A program made the position numbers and the translations under genes. The notes beneath the pieces were generated by a model. That model saw only the letters and a list, made by a program, of their open reading frames with translations. It made no database searches and had not been told where the DNA came from. Positions 1 to 8,897 of a stretch of DNA of 64,000 bases are shown here, one piece after another (within the stretch, counting starts at the first letter, position 1; the number at the start of each line of letters is the position of its first letter). This DNA is from Defluviicoccus sp. (GTDB lineage Bacteria > Pseudomonadota > Alphaproteobacteria > MPNO01): the NCBI GenBank assembly GCA_028821395.1, contig JAPPGP010000141.1, positions 17,491 to 81,490 on the forward strand. Reading direction: 5' to 3'.

Positions 1-630
1 GACCGCCTTGCGGCCCATCTTGTCGATCTCCCGTATCTCCGCCGTCGCGCGGTCGAAATCGGCGAAGAACAGGCTGAGCCCGGCGGCAGGCTCCTCTTCG
101 CGGCGCGGCGCGGTGCGCGCGAGCAGCATGATCTTGTCGGCGACCTGCGCGGTCGAGGTCCAGATCTTGCGCCCGCGCAGGACGTAGTCCGCACCGTCGC
201 GCTCGGCGCGCGTGGCGATCCTCGTGGTGTCGAGCCCGGCATCGGGCTCGGTGACCGCGATGCACATCTTGGACCGGCCTTCGATCAGCGGCGGCAGCCA
301 GCGGCGCTTCTGGGCCTCGCTGCCATGGGCGACGATGGCGTGCGGTCCGAAGATGTTCATGTGGATGCTCGATGCCGCCGCCATGGCGCCGCCCGAGGCG
401 GCGACGCGCGCCATCATGAGCGCCGCCTCGGTCACGCCCAGCCCGGCGCCGCCATAGGCGTCCGGCAGCGCGATGCCGAGCCAGCCGCCCGCCGCCATCG
501 CCGCGTGGAAGGCGTGCGGGAACTCCCCGTCGCGGTCGCGCGCGAGCCAGTAGGCGTCGTCGAAGGCCGCGACCGTGCGGCCGACGCCGTCGACGATCGC
601 CTGCTGGTCGCCGCTCAGCGCGAAATCCAT
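1..630 (-). CDS. acyl-CoA dehydrogenase family protein (N-terminal 210 codons; gene runs off the left edge)
   Basis: Reverse-strand translation from the ATG at 630-628 reads MDFALSGDQQAIVDGVGRTV...AMAAGGWLGIALPDAYGGAGLGVTEAALMM...CIAVTEPDAGLDTT...LRGRKIWTSTAQVADK. This is the typical ACAD N-terminal/middle-domain pattern. The frame is open to position 1. It is absent from the ORF track, presumably because it is edge-truncated. Confidence 0.8.
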   Translation of the reverse strand, partial: MDFALSGDQQAIVDGVGRTVAAFDDAYWLARDRDGEFPHAFHAAMAAGGWLGIALPDAYGGAGLGVTEAALMMARVAASGGAMAAASSIHMNIFGPHAIVAHGSEAQKRRWLPPLIEGRSKMCIAVTEPDAGLDTTRIATRAERDGADYVLRGRKIWTSTAQVADKIMLLARTAPRREEEPAAGLSLFFADFDRATAEIREIDKMGRKAV

Positions 631-751
631 GGCCGTTCCGTTCCGCTCGCCACCGCGTCATCGTGCCCGGCCCCCGGCCGCGGGGGAAGGCCCGGCGGGG
701 GTTTCGCCGCCCGGGCGGCGAAAATAGAGTGCCCTGGCGGGGGAACAGTCC

Positions 752-1729
752 ATGACGAGATGCATCCGATTCCACGAGACCGGCGGGCCCTGGGTGCTGC
801 GCCTCGAAGACATCGCCCTGCCCCCGCCCGGCGCCGGCGAGGTGCTGATCCGCCAGACCGCGATCGGGGTGAACTACCGCGACATCTACCGCAGGGAGGG
901 AAGGCACGCGGTCGAGGGCTTCCCGGCCGCTCTCGGCGTCGAGGGGGCGGGCGTCGTCGAGGCCCTCGGCGAGGGCGTCGACTGGCTCGCGGTCGGACAG
1001 CCCGTCGTCGCCCAGGGCGGCGGCGACGGCGCCTATGCCGAGGCGCGCATCGTCCCGGCATGGCGCTGCCTGGCGCTGCCCGGGGGGCTCTCCGAGCGGA
1101 CCGCCGCGGCGATGATGGTCAAGGGCATGACGGCGAGCTACCTGCTGCGCCGGACCCTGGAAATCGAGGCGGGCGACACCGTGCTGGTGCACGCCGCCGC
1201 CGGCGGGGTCGGGCTGATCCTCTGCCAGTGGGCGAAGCATCTCGGCGCCAGGGTGATCGGCACCGTCGGCACCGACGCCAAGGCGGCGCTCGCCGCCGCC
1301 AACGGATGCGACCATCCGATCGTCTACACCAGGGAGGACTTCGCCGCCCGGGTGCGCGAGATCACCGGCGGCGAGGGCGCAAGGGCGGTCTACGATTCGG
1401 TCGGCGCGGCGACCTTCGAGGGCTCGCTCGCGTGCCTTGCGACGCGCGGCGTGCTGGCGCAGTTCGGCGAGGCGTCCGGCGATCCCCCGCCGGTCGACCC
1501 GCGCCGGCTCGGACCGCTGGGATCGGTGTTCCTCACCCATCCCAGCCTCGGCCACTACACCCGCACCCGCGAGGAGTTCTTGGACCTCGCTGGCTCGCTG
1601 CTGGACGTCGTGCTGCCGGGGGCGGTGAAGATCGCAATCGGCCATGTCTACCCGCTCGCGGACGCCGCGGAGGCGCATCGCGCCATGGCGGCCAGGGAGA
1701 CCACCGGCTCGGTGATCCTGGTGCCTTAG
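752..1729 (+). CDS. NADPH:quinone oxidoreductase-like protein (medium-chain dehydrogenase/reductase superfamily)
   Basis: 325-aa ORF. N-terminal GroES-like region (GEVLIRQTAIGVNYRDIYRREG) and a Rossmann motif (VHAAAGGVGLILCQWAKHLGARVIGTVG), typical of Qor-type MDR enzymes. Confidence 0.85.
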   Translation: MTRCIRFHETGGPWVLRLEDIALPPPGAGEVLIRQTAIGVNYRDIYRREGRHAVEGFPAALGVEGAGVVEALGEGVDWLAVGQPVVAQGGGDGAYAEARIVPAWRCLALPGGLSERTAAAMMVKGMTASYLLRRTLEIEAGDTVLVHAAAGGVGLILCQWAKHLGARVIGTVGTDAKAALAAANGCDHPIVYTREDFAARVREITGGEGARAVYDSVGAATFEGSLACLATRGVLAQFGEASGDPPPVDPRRLGPLGSVFLTHPSLGHYTRTREEFLDLAGSLLDVVLPGAVKIAIGHVYPLADAAEAHRAMAARETTGSVILVP

Positions 1730-1835
1730 CCCTGACCGTAGCCTCGCCGCAACCGCTGCAACAACTGGACCGCCCCCCGGTTTCCGCCTAGTTTCAACGG
1801 GGCTGCCATGACCACACCCCGACGGAGCGGCCACC

Positions 1836-2093
1836 GTGCAACCGCCACCCAAACAACGCCTGCACCGACTGATCGACGAGCTGCCCGACGAGCAGGTCCA
1901 AGCAGCCGAACGCTACCTCCACTCACTGTGCCGCGACCTACACCCCGTCGTGCGCGCCATGCGCTCCGCACCGATCGACGACGAGCCCCTCACGGACGAA
2001 GACCGCGCAGCGATCCGGGAAGGCCGACGTGAAATCGCTGCCGGCCACGGCATCCCCAATGAGCGGATTCGCCGGCGCGACGCGGCCTACTAA
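1836..2093 (+). CDS. small antitoxin-like protein (orphan; family not confirmed)
   Basis: 85-aa ORF with a GTG start. The LIDELPDEQVQAAERYLHSL ... DDEPLTDEDRAAIREGRREIAAG layout resembles small type II antitoxin / DUF2281-like proteins. No toxin ORF is adjacent. Confidence 0.4.
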   Translation: MQPPPKQRLHRLIDELPDEQVQAAERYLHSLCRDLHPVVRAMRSAPIDDEPLTDEDRAAIREGRREIAAGHGIPNERIRRRDAAY

Positions 2094-2317
2094 CCGCGCT
2101 CCGTTGCCTTGCCCGATCGGGCCATGGCACCGCTCTTTGCCACCCTCAGCTCGACGCGGTCTCCCAATCTCCATTCACCTGCACGCCGCTTTTCCCGCAA
2201 CTGCCCGCGACCTCCCACTCCGGCCGACCCCGCACACATGGCCACGCCTTTCGGCCCGCGCCTGGCGGATCGAACGCCTGCGCGCGACGCGGGACGCGAC
2301 CCTGGTGAGAAGTGCGA

Positions 2318-3577
2318 TCAGCCCGGCATGCCTTGGGCGATCGGCGACGGGGCGCCGAGCGCCGCCCGGACCAGCTCGGCCGCGACGACGGCGCCCAGGC
2401 GGAGCTCGTCCGCGCTCACCCGCTCGGCCGTGTCGGCCTCGGTCAGGAGGTAGCGGGCGCCGGCGTCCGGGTCGCCGAACCCGGCGATCAGGCGCAGCGC
2501 CGGGATACCGCGCTCGGCGAAGTTGAAATGATCGGAGTTCCGCAGCAGCTCTCGCCACGTCGCGATGTCGAGCCCGCGCGCGGCCGCGACCCGCGCGACG
2601 AACCCGTCGAGCGCGGCGAACCCGCTGGTGAGGCAGGTGAAGTCCGGGCTCCCGCCGAGCGTGTCGAGATTGACGACGACGGCGACCGCGCGGCGCTCCG
2701 CCTCCTCGAGCGAGTCGACATAGAGCCTGGAGCCCAGCAGCCCGGTCTCCTCGGCGGTGAACAGGATCACCCGCAGCCCGCGCGGCATCGATGCGACGTG
2801 GGGCGCGAAGCGGCGCAGAATCTCGAGCGCGGCGGCGACCCCGGTCGCGTTGTCGAGCGCGCTGTGGGCCAGGTCGTGGCCGTCGTAATGGGCACACAGC
2901 ACGACCCATTCCGGGGTCAGGCCGGGGATCTCGGCGATCAGGTTGCGGCCGACATCCGCCTCGCGCCGGTTGTCGACCGCGAGACGGATCCGGGCGCCGG
3001 CGATCGCCTGCGCGGTCGCATGGTCGACGCCGATCGCGGGCATGTTGGGCCCGGTCTCCTGCCAGACGCCGCCGGTCACCAGCCCGGCCTCCGGCATCGG
3101 GTTGGCCACGATGAACCCCGCCGCGCCGCCTTCCAGCGCGTGGCGGAACTTGATCCGCCGGTGGATGGTGTCGCGGGAGAACGGGTATTCGTGGCGCACC
3201 AGGGCGAAGTTGCCCCGCACCCGTTCGCCGAGGCGCCGAAAATCCTCTGCCGCGCCGCGGCCGAGATCGACCGCCTCGCCGTCCACGCCCGCCGTTCCCT
3301 CCGAGCCGACCAGCGGGTGGCACGGGAGATCCAGCGCCGGTCCGGGAGATATCCGCGCGAGCGCGTAGCCGAGATTGGTCCAGCGCGTGTAGCCGAACTC
3401 GTGCGCCGAGACGGCGGCGCCGGGGATTGCGGCCAGACGGGCCTCCAGCAGGCGCGCCGCCGTCTTCTCGCCGTCCGAGCCGACGAGGCGCCCGCCGCAG
3501 GCGGTGAGCGCCGCGAAATCCTCGACGATCGCGTCCGAGCGGCGGATTTCGTCGACGATCGCTTCGCGGAAATCCAT
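2318..3577 (-). CDS. M28 family metallopeptidase (aminopeptidase-like, with a PA-type insert)
   Basis: 419-aa ORF. Carries VVLCAHYDGHDLAHSALDNATGVAAALEILR and ILFTAEETGLLGSRLYV plus a NSDHFNF motif, the M28 zinc-ligand pattern. Last gene of a minus-strand operon. Confidence 0.75.
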   Translation of the reverse strand: MDFREAIVDEIRRSDAIVEDFAALTACGGRLVGSDGEKTAARLLEARLAAIPGAAVSAHEFGYTRWTNLGYALARISPGPALDLPCHPLVGSEGTAGVDGEAVDLGRGAAEDFRRLGERVRGNFALVRHEYPFSRDTIHRRIKFRHALEGGAAGFIVANPMPEAGLVTGGVWQETGPNMPAIGVDHATAQAIAGARIRLAVDNRREADVGRNLIAEIPGLTPEWVVLCAHYDGHDLAHSALDNATGVAAALEILRRFAPHVASMPRGLRVILFTAEETGLLGSRLYVDSLEEAERRAVAVVVNLDTLGGSPDFTCLTSGFAALDGFVARVAAARGLDIATWRELLRNSDHFNFAERGIPALRLIAGFGDPDAGARYLLTEADTAERVSADELRLGAVVAAELVRAALGAPSPIAQGMPG

Positions 3578-3582
3578 CGGCG

Positions 3583-4599
3583 CTAACGCGGCACGCCGAG
3601 CTGGACCACGCGCTCGCCGGTGGTCACCGTGGGCAGAGTCGCGATGCGCACCACCGGGCCGCCGCGCGGAGCGACGATCCGCTCGACCGGCTCGTCGAAC
3701 GGATCGGTGACCGTGGCCACGTGCTGGCCCGGCGCGACCTCGTCGTTGAGCTCGACATGGAGCGTCAGCACGCCGGCCCGGCGCGCGCGGATCACGTCCA
3801 TGGTACGGATCACCAGGTTGCGCCCCGACTGCCAGACCGCACCGTCCAGCATGCCCACCTTGCGCAGCACGTTGGCGATGCCGCGCACCCCGAGCGCGAC
3901 TTCGGCGCCGTCGATGCGCCCGCCCTCGCCGATCTCGATGCCGAAGGCCGGGATGCCGCGCTCGCCCAGCACGACATGCGGGTTCCGGTCGCCGACATAC
4001 ATGCCCCTGTCGTTGGCGAGGATGTAGTCGGCGCCGAAGGCGCGGGCGAGCGCCTCGGCCTCGCCGACCACAGCGCTGCAGCGCGTCGGCGGCAGGAAGG
4101 CGAACGGCGCGTAGCGCCCGCCGGTGGTCGGCGTGTGCACGTCGATCATGAAATCCGCGTGGCGCATCAGCCGGTGGTAGATCGCGTGCGCGATCGCCGA
4201 GGCGGTGTTGCCGTCGGCGTCGCCCGGGAAGGCGGCCCAGGGGTCGGCCGGGTTCTGGTCCATCGGCGATTTCAGCATGTGGCCGACGAAGAAGCGGTGC
4301 TGGACCTGGAAGGCGAGCGGGTTCTGCACCGGCACCGCGATGAGCGTGCCGCGCAGCGCCGCCGGGTCGAGACCGCGCGCGAAGCGGCCGACGATCTGCG
4401 TGCCGGCGATCTCGTCGCCGTGGAAGGCCGCGCCGACATAGAACACCGGGCCCGGCTCGGCGCCCCGGACGACCGACGCCCGAATCTCGACCCAGCTCCC
4501 GTCGGCGAGCTCGACGGTGCGAAACCGGGTGTGCGAGCTTGTGCCGCGTTCGAGCGCGAGCCCCTCGATCGCGAGGTCCCGGTCGTCCCCGCCCGTCAT
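3583..4599 (-). CDS. succinylglutamate desuccinylase/aspartoacylase family (M14-like) deacylase
   Basis: 338-aa ORF. GPVFYVGAAFHGDEIAGTQIV and ADFMIDVHTP motifs are characteristic of the AstE/AspA family. Starts 2 nt after the stop of the upstream Rieske gene. Confidence 0.75.
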   Translation of the reverse strand: MTGGDDRDLAIEGLALERGTSSHTRFRTVELADGSWVEIRASVVRGAEPGPVFYVGAAFHGDEIAGTQIVGRFARGLDPAALRGTLIAVPVQNPLAFQVQHRFFVGHMLKSPMDQNPADPWAAFPGDADGNTASAIAHAIYHRLMRHADFMIDVHTPTTGGRYAPFAFLPPTRCSAVVGEAEALARAFGADYILANDRGMYVGDRNPHVVLGERGIPAFGIEIGEGGRIDGAEVALGVRGIANVLRKVGMLDGAVWQSGRNLVIRTMDVIRARRAGVLTLHVELNDEVAPGQHVATVTDPFDEPVERIVAPRGGPVVRIATLPTVTTGERVVQLGVPR

Positions 4600-4600
4600 G

Positions 4601-5740
4601 TCAGCGCGCGAGCCGGTCGCGGGCGTCGGCGAACAGCCGGCGCATGCGGACGATGCCGAGATCCGACTGGGCCAGGAACTCGCCGTCGAGCGCGGCGCGG
4701 TTGCGCTGCGAGGCGAGCGCCGCCTCGTCCCCGTCGAGCACGTCGTACATCTTGCGGCGCAGCCGGAGATGCCAGAGGGTCCACCAGATCCACCACTTCC
4801 AGCCGGTGATCCGGCGCTTGCGCACCATGTAGATCTGGGTCGCCCCGGCGTCGATCGGGGTGACGAAGACCAGCACCCGCATCGCCCCGCCGGGTCCCGC
4901 CGACCAGGGATAGGGCACGTCGACCTCGCACCAGTTGGGGAAGTGATAGGTGCTGTAGTCGAAGCTCACCAGCTCCTGGCCCTCGCGCTTGACGAACAGC
5001 CCGTCGTCCCGGTCCTCGACCGCGATCACGTCCTGCAGCGCGCCATGCCCCATGGTGTAGGTGCCAGCGTGCAGGAACGGCGCGTGAATCGGGTCGACCA
5101 GGTTCTCCAGCACGCGGAACCAGCCGACGCCCTGCCATTCATGCGGCACGATGAAGCCGCTCCATTCCGGGCTTTCGAGCTCCGCCGGGTTGGGGCAAGC
5201 GCGGTCGGGCGGCCGCCCGTCGCCGTCGAACCAGGCGAACACCACCCCGCCATGCTCCTCGACGGGGTAGGCGCGCACGCTTGCCTCCCGCGCGAGCTCG
5301 CAGGCGCCGCCCTCGGACGGGATCGCGACGCACTGGCCGGTGCCGTCATAGGCCCAGCCGTGATAGCGGCAGCACAGCCGGTCCCCGACCACTGCGCCGA
5401 GCGACAGCCGGGCGCCCCGGTGCGCGCAGCGATCGGCGAACAAATGAAGCCCGCCCTGGGCGTCGCGCCACAAGACGAGGTCCTCGCCCATGCGGCGCAG
5501 CGGCAACGGGTTGGCGTCGGCCAGCTCGCTCGCCGGCGCGACCGCGTACCAGTGGTTCCTGAGCCCGGACTCGAAGTCCTCCTCGACCGCGCGCCACCGC
5601 CCGCGCTCCGAGTCCCGCCGGCGCTTCTCGCGCAGGCGCTCGACATCGCGGGCTTCGACCGGTTGCGTCCCTGGCTGCGTCATGATCCGGGGATGGTGCC
5701 CCGATTCCGCCCGGCGCACAACGCGGCTCGTCGCCGGCAT
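4601..5740 (-). CDS. Rieske [2Fe-2S] aromatic ring-hydroxylating oxygenase, alpha-type subunit
   Basis: 379-aa ORF. Rieske motif CAHRGARLSLG...CCRYHGWAYDGTG, followed by a catalytic domain with NLVDPIHAPFLH. The start is uncertain; an alternative ATG lies at 5683. Confidence 0.85.
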   Translation of the reverse strand: MPATSRVVRRAESGHHPRIMTQPGTQPVEARDVERLREKRRRDSERGRWRAVEEDFESGLRNHWYAVAPASELADANPLPLRRMGEDLVLWRDAQGGLHLFADRCAHRGARLSLGAVVGDRLCCRYHGWAYDGTGQCVAIPSEGGACELAREASVRAYPVEEHGGVVFAWFDGDGRPPDRACPNPAELESPEWSGFIVPHEWQGVGWFRVLENLVDPIHAPFLHAGTYTMGHGALQDVIAVEDRDDGLFVKREGQELVSFDYSTYHFPNWCEVDVPYPWSAGPGGAMRVLVFVTPIDAGATQIYMVRKRRITGWKWWIWWTLWHLRLRRKMYDVLDGDEAALASQRNRAALDGEFLAQSDLGIVRMRRLFADARDRLAR

Positions 5741-5774
5741 CCGCGGGCGTTGTGTATGGAAGGCGCTCTGTGGC

Positions 5775-5780
5775 TATAAT
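5775..5780 (+). promoter_or_regulatory. perfect TATAAT hexamer in the divergent Rieske/TRAP intergenic region (possible -10 element)
   Basis: TATAAT lies 43 nt upstream of the TRAP binding-protein ATG (5823). No good -35 element at 17 bp spacing, so this is only a candidate. Confidence 0.25.
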
Positions 5781-5822
5781 CGGCCCGGATACGTATCCAC
5801 TTGACATGGGGAGGAACCCGGG

Positions 5823-6887
5823 ATGATCGGTTTCAGGCATCTGACGGTTGCCGTCGGAGCGGTCGCGCTCGCGTTGGGCGTTTCGGCGGGCGCCGCGCAG
5901 GCCCAGAAATACGAGTTCAAGATGACGTCCTACGTCTCGGCCAAGGGCGGCTTCTGGAACAACTACCACAAGAAATTCATCGATGCGGTCGAGCTGTTCA
6001 CCAACGGCGAGGTCAAGATCAAGGGCTTCAGCGTCGGCGTGATCGCAGGCGCCTTCGACGGGTTGAAGGCGGTGCAGAAGGGCACGGCGGACATCTCCTA
6101 CAACTATCCCGGCTACCAGGTGAACGAGGACCCGGCGAACGGCGTGTTCGGCAACGTGCCGGGCGGCATGCCGATGGAACAGTTCATGCACTGGTACATC
6201 GCCGGCGACGGCACCAAGCTGCTGGAGGAGTTCCGCCGCAAGACGCAGCAGCTTCATCCGGTGCTGACCGGCATGGGTTCGTCCGAGTTCCTGCTGCATT
6301 CGCACAAGCGGGTGCAGAACATCGCCGACCTCAAGGGCATGAAGATCCGCACCGCCGGACCGTGGGCCGAGATCCTCAAGTCGCTCGGAGCCTCGGCGAC
6401 GGTGATTCCCGGACCGGAAATCTACACCGCGCTGGAGCGCCGGGTGGTCGACGCGACGGAGTTCGTCACCCCCGCGACCAACATCAAGCTCGGTTTCCAC
6501 AAGGTCGCCAAGTACATCATCATGCCGGGTCTGCACAGCCCGTCGCACATGAACGAAGCGGTCTTCAGGCTGGAAACCTGGAACAAGATGTCCAAGCGGA
6601 CCAGGGACCTGATTAGCGCCGCGGGCGAGCTCTCGGCCTTCCAGACGGCCATGTCCATGGGTGCGCAGGACTTCGACGCGATGGAGAAGCTGCTCGCCGG
6701 CAAGAACGAGTTCATCACCCTCACGCCCGAAGCTCAGGCCAAGATCGAGGAGCTGGGCCGCGCCTGGTGTGCCGAGCAGGCCAAGAAGCAGAAGGCCAAG
6801 GGCAACGACTGGATGGAGCGGATCTCGGGCAATTACTGGGCGTTCTACGACCGCTACAAGAAGTACGGCGTCTACCGGCATAACTAG
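5823..6887 (+). CDS. TRAP transporter substrate-binding protein (DctP-type)
   Basis: 354-aa ORF with a signal peptide (MIGFRHLTVAVGAVALALGVSAGAAQA). Followed directly by TRAP small and large permease genes. GGAGG-like RBS upstream. Confidence 0.85.
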   Translation: MIGFRHLTVAVGAVALALGVSAGAAQAQKYEFKMTSYVSAKGGFWNNYHKKFIDAVELFTNGEVKIKGFSVGVIAGAFDGLKAVQKGTADISYNYPGYQVNEDPANGVFGNVPGGMPMEQFMHWYIAGDGTKLLEEFRRKTQQLHPVLTGMGSSEFLLHSHKRVQNIADLKGMKIRTAGPWAEILKSLGASATVIPGPEIYTALERRVVDATEFVTPATNIKLGFHKVAKYIIMPGLHSPSHMNEAVFRLETWNKMSKRTRDLISAAGELSAFQTAMSMGAQDFDAMEKLLAGKNEFITLTPEAQAKIEELGRAWCAEQAKKQKAKGNDWMERISGNYWAFYDRYKKYGVYRHN

Positions 6888-6955
6888 GCCGAGAGACCGC
6901 TGGAACGCGCGGGGCGGGCCCCCGTCCCGCGCGACCCTGCGACCGCGGATTCCCG

Positions 6956-7492
6956 ATGACCTCGTTCCTGCGCGCGATCGATCGCGTCAACGATCTCCTC
7001 GCCGCCATCGCGATGGCGTTTCTCTTCGTGATGATCGCGGACATGCTGTACGAGGTGATCTCGCGCCGCGTGTTCGGGGCGCCGACGCTGTGGGCCTATG
7101 ACATCGCCTACATGCTGAACGGCGTCGGCTTTCTGTTTGCCGCCGGCTACACGCTGCGCCGCAACGGCCACATCCGGATCGACTTCCTGTCGACCCGGCT
7201 GCCGCGCCGGAACCAGGACCTGATCAACCTGTTCGTTTACCTGCTGCTGGTGTTCCCTGCGCTCGCCTGCCTGATCCTGGGCGCCTTCAACGGGTGGCTG
7301 GAGGCCTATCTGACGGACGCGCTCGAACCGGTCAGCCCGTGGAAGCCGCTGATCTGGCCGCTCTATGGCGGCATCCTGATCGGCTTCGTCTCGCTGATAT
7401 TCCAGTGTCTCGCGGAGTTCATCCGCCACTGGCGCAGCCTCATGGGGCTGGAGCCCTCGCCGCTCGAACACGCCGACGACGTGACGGCGTAG
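6956..7492 (+). CDS. TRAP transporter small permease (DctQ-type)
   Basis: 178-aa, four hydrophobic segments, positioned between the DctP-like and DctM-like genes. Confidence 0.8.
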   Translation: MTSFLRAIDRVNDLLAAIAMAFLFVMIADMLYEVISRRVFGAPTLWAYDIAYMLNGVGFLFAAGYTLRRNGHIRIDFLSTRLPRRNQDLINLFVYLLLVFPALACLILGAFNGWLEAYLTDALEPVSPWKPLIWPLYGGILIGFVSLIFQCLAEFIRHWRSLMGLEPSPLEHADDVTA

Positions 7493-7496
7493 GCGC

Positions 7497-8816
7497 ATGG
7501 ACATCTCGCTCGCCGTCTTCATGTTCCCGGCTTTGTTCGTCCTGGTGTTCGCCGGGATACCGGTGGCGTTCAGCCTGATCGCGACGGCCTTCGTGTTCGG
7601 CATCTTCGCCTACGGGATGAACCTGCCCATCCAGTTCCACAGCCGGCTGTACGACGTCACCTCGAACTTCGTGCTCGCGGCGATCCCGCTATTTGTGTTC
7701 ATGGGCGCGATGCTGGAGCGCTCCGGCATCGCGGCAAAGCTGTTCGACGCCATCAAGGTCTGGTTCGGCGGCTTCCGCGGCGGGCTCGCGATCACCACCA
7801 TCGTCATGTGCGGCATCTTCGCCGCGTCTTCCGGCGTGGTCGGCGCGGTCGAGATCGTGGTCGGGCTGATGGCCGTGCCGGCGATGATGGCCACCGGATA
7901 CCGCAAGGACCTCGCCGCCGGCACGGTGTGCGCAGGCGGCTCGCTCGGCACCACGATCCCGCCTTCGGTGGTAATCATCGTCTACGCCTCGATCACCGAG
8001 ATGTCGGTCGGCGACCTGTTCGCCGGGATCATGATTCCCGCCGGGGTGATGGTGGCGCTGTTCCTGCTCTATATCGTCGGGCGCTGCGCGATCCAGCGCG
8101 ATGCCGGTCCCGGGGTCGACCCCTCGGAGATCGACGCGACGCTGGGCGAGAAGCTGTGGCTCCTGCTGACCGCGCTGGTCCCGGCGGCGCTTCTGGTCCT
8201 CGCCGTGCTCGGCAGCATCTTCGCCGGCATCGCGGCGCCCACCGAGGCGGCCGCGGTGGGGGCGACGGGCTCGGTGCTGCTCAGCATCGCCTACAGGCAG
8301 TTCTCCTTCGACATCCTCGCCAAGGCGCTGGCGCAGACCATCAAGATCACCTCCATGGTCATGCTGATCGTCATCGGCGGCGTGCTGTTCGCCAGCATCT
8401 TCATCATCCATGGCGGCGACGAGCTGGTCGCCGAGCTCATCGAGGGCCACCGGCTCGGCCAGCTCGAGATCATCCTCCTGTTCCTGCTGGTGGTCTTCAT
8501 CCTCGGCTTCGTGCTCGACTGGATCTCGGTGCTGATCATCGTGCTGCCGATCTCCGACCCGATCATCCGCGCCTCCGAGATCGACCCGCTGTGGTTCGGG
8601 GTGATGGTCTGCATCGTGCTGCAGACCTCCTATCTCACCCCGCCGATGGCGCCCTCGATCTTCTACCTGCGATCGATCGCGCCGCGCGAGATGACCTATG
8701 GCGACATGTACAAGGGGGTGGCGCCGTTCGTGGCGGCGCAGCTGCTGACGCTGCTGATGGTGGCGTTCTACCCGGTCACGGCGACCTGGCTGCCCGAAAT
8801 CCTGTTCGGATTCTGA
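7497..8816 (+). CDS. TRAP transporter large permease (DctM-type)
   Basis: 439-aa polytopic membrane protein. Its pattern (MGAMLERSGIAAKLFD..., SGVVGAVEIVVG, PPSVVIIVYA) is typical of the DctM family. Confidence 0.9.
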   Translation: MDISLAVFMFPALFVLVFAGIPVAFSLIATAFVFGIFAYGMNLPIQFHSRLYDVTSNFVLAAIPLFVFMGAMLERSGIAAKLFDAIKVWFGGFRGGLAITTIVMCGIFAASSGVVGAVEIVVGLMAVPAMMATGYRKDLAAGTVCAGGSLGTTIPPSVVIIVYASITEMSVGDLFAGIMIPAGVMVALFLLYIVGRCAIQRDAGPGVDPSEIDATLGEKLWLLLTALVPAALLVLAVLGSIFAGIAAPTEAAAVGATGSVLLSIAYRQFSFDILAKALAQTIKITSMVMLIVIGGVLFASIFIIHGGDELVAELIEGHRLGQLEIILLFLLVVFILGFVLDWISVLIIVLPISDPIIRASEIDPLWFGVMVCIVLQTSYLTPPMAPSIFYLRSIAPREMTYGDMYKGVAPFVAAQLLTLLMVAFYPVTATWLPEILFGF

Positions 8817-8834
8817 CCCCGACCGGCGGAGCAT

Positions 8835-8852
8835 TGGACAGCGCGCGCGGCC
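8835..8852 (+). promoter_or_regulatory. conserved upstream motif TGGACAGCGCGCGCGGCC (copy 1 of 2)
   Basis: Ends 45 nt upstream of the ATG at 8898. A near-identical motif lies at 11404-11419, 42 nt upstream of the ATG at 11462. Confidence 0.3.
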
Positions 8853-8897
8853 GGGTGCAGTCTTCCAGCCGGGCAGGGGGCAGGGAGGCAGCGAGCC

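Noticed and set aside
2029-2526. 165-aa ORF downstream of the antitoxin-like gene, considered as a possible toxin partner.
   Set aside because: It is Arg/Pro/Ala-rich and overlaps the 3' end of the minus-strand M28 peptidase gene in antisense. It shows no resemblance to RelE/ParE/PIN/HigB toxins.
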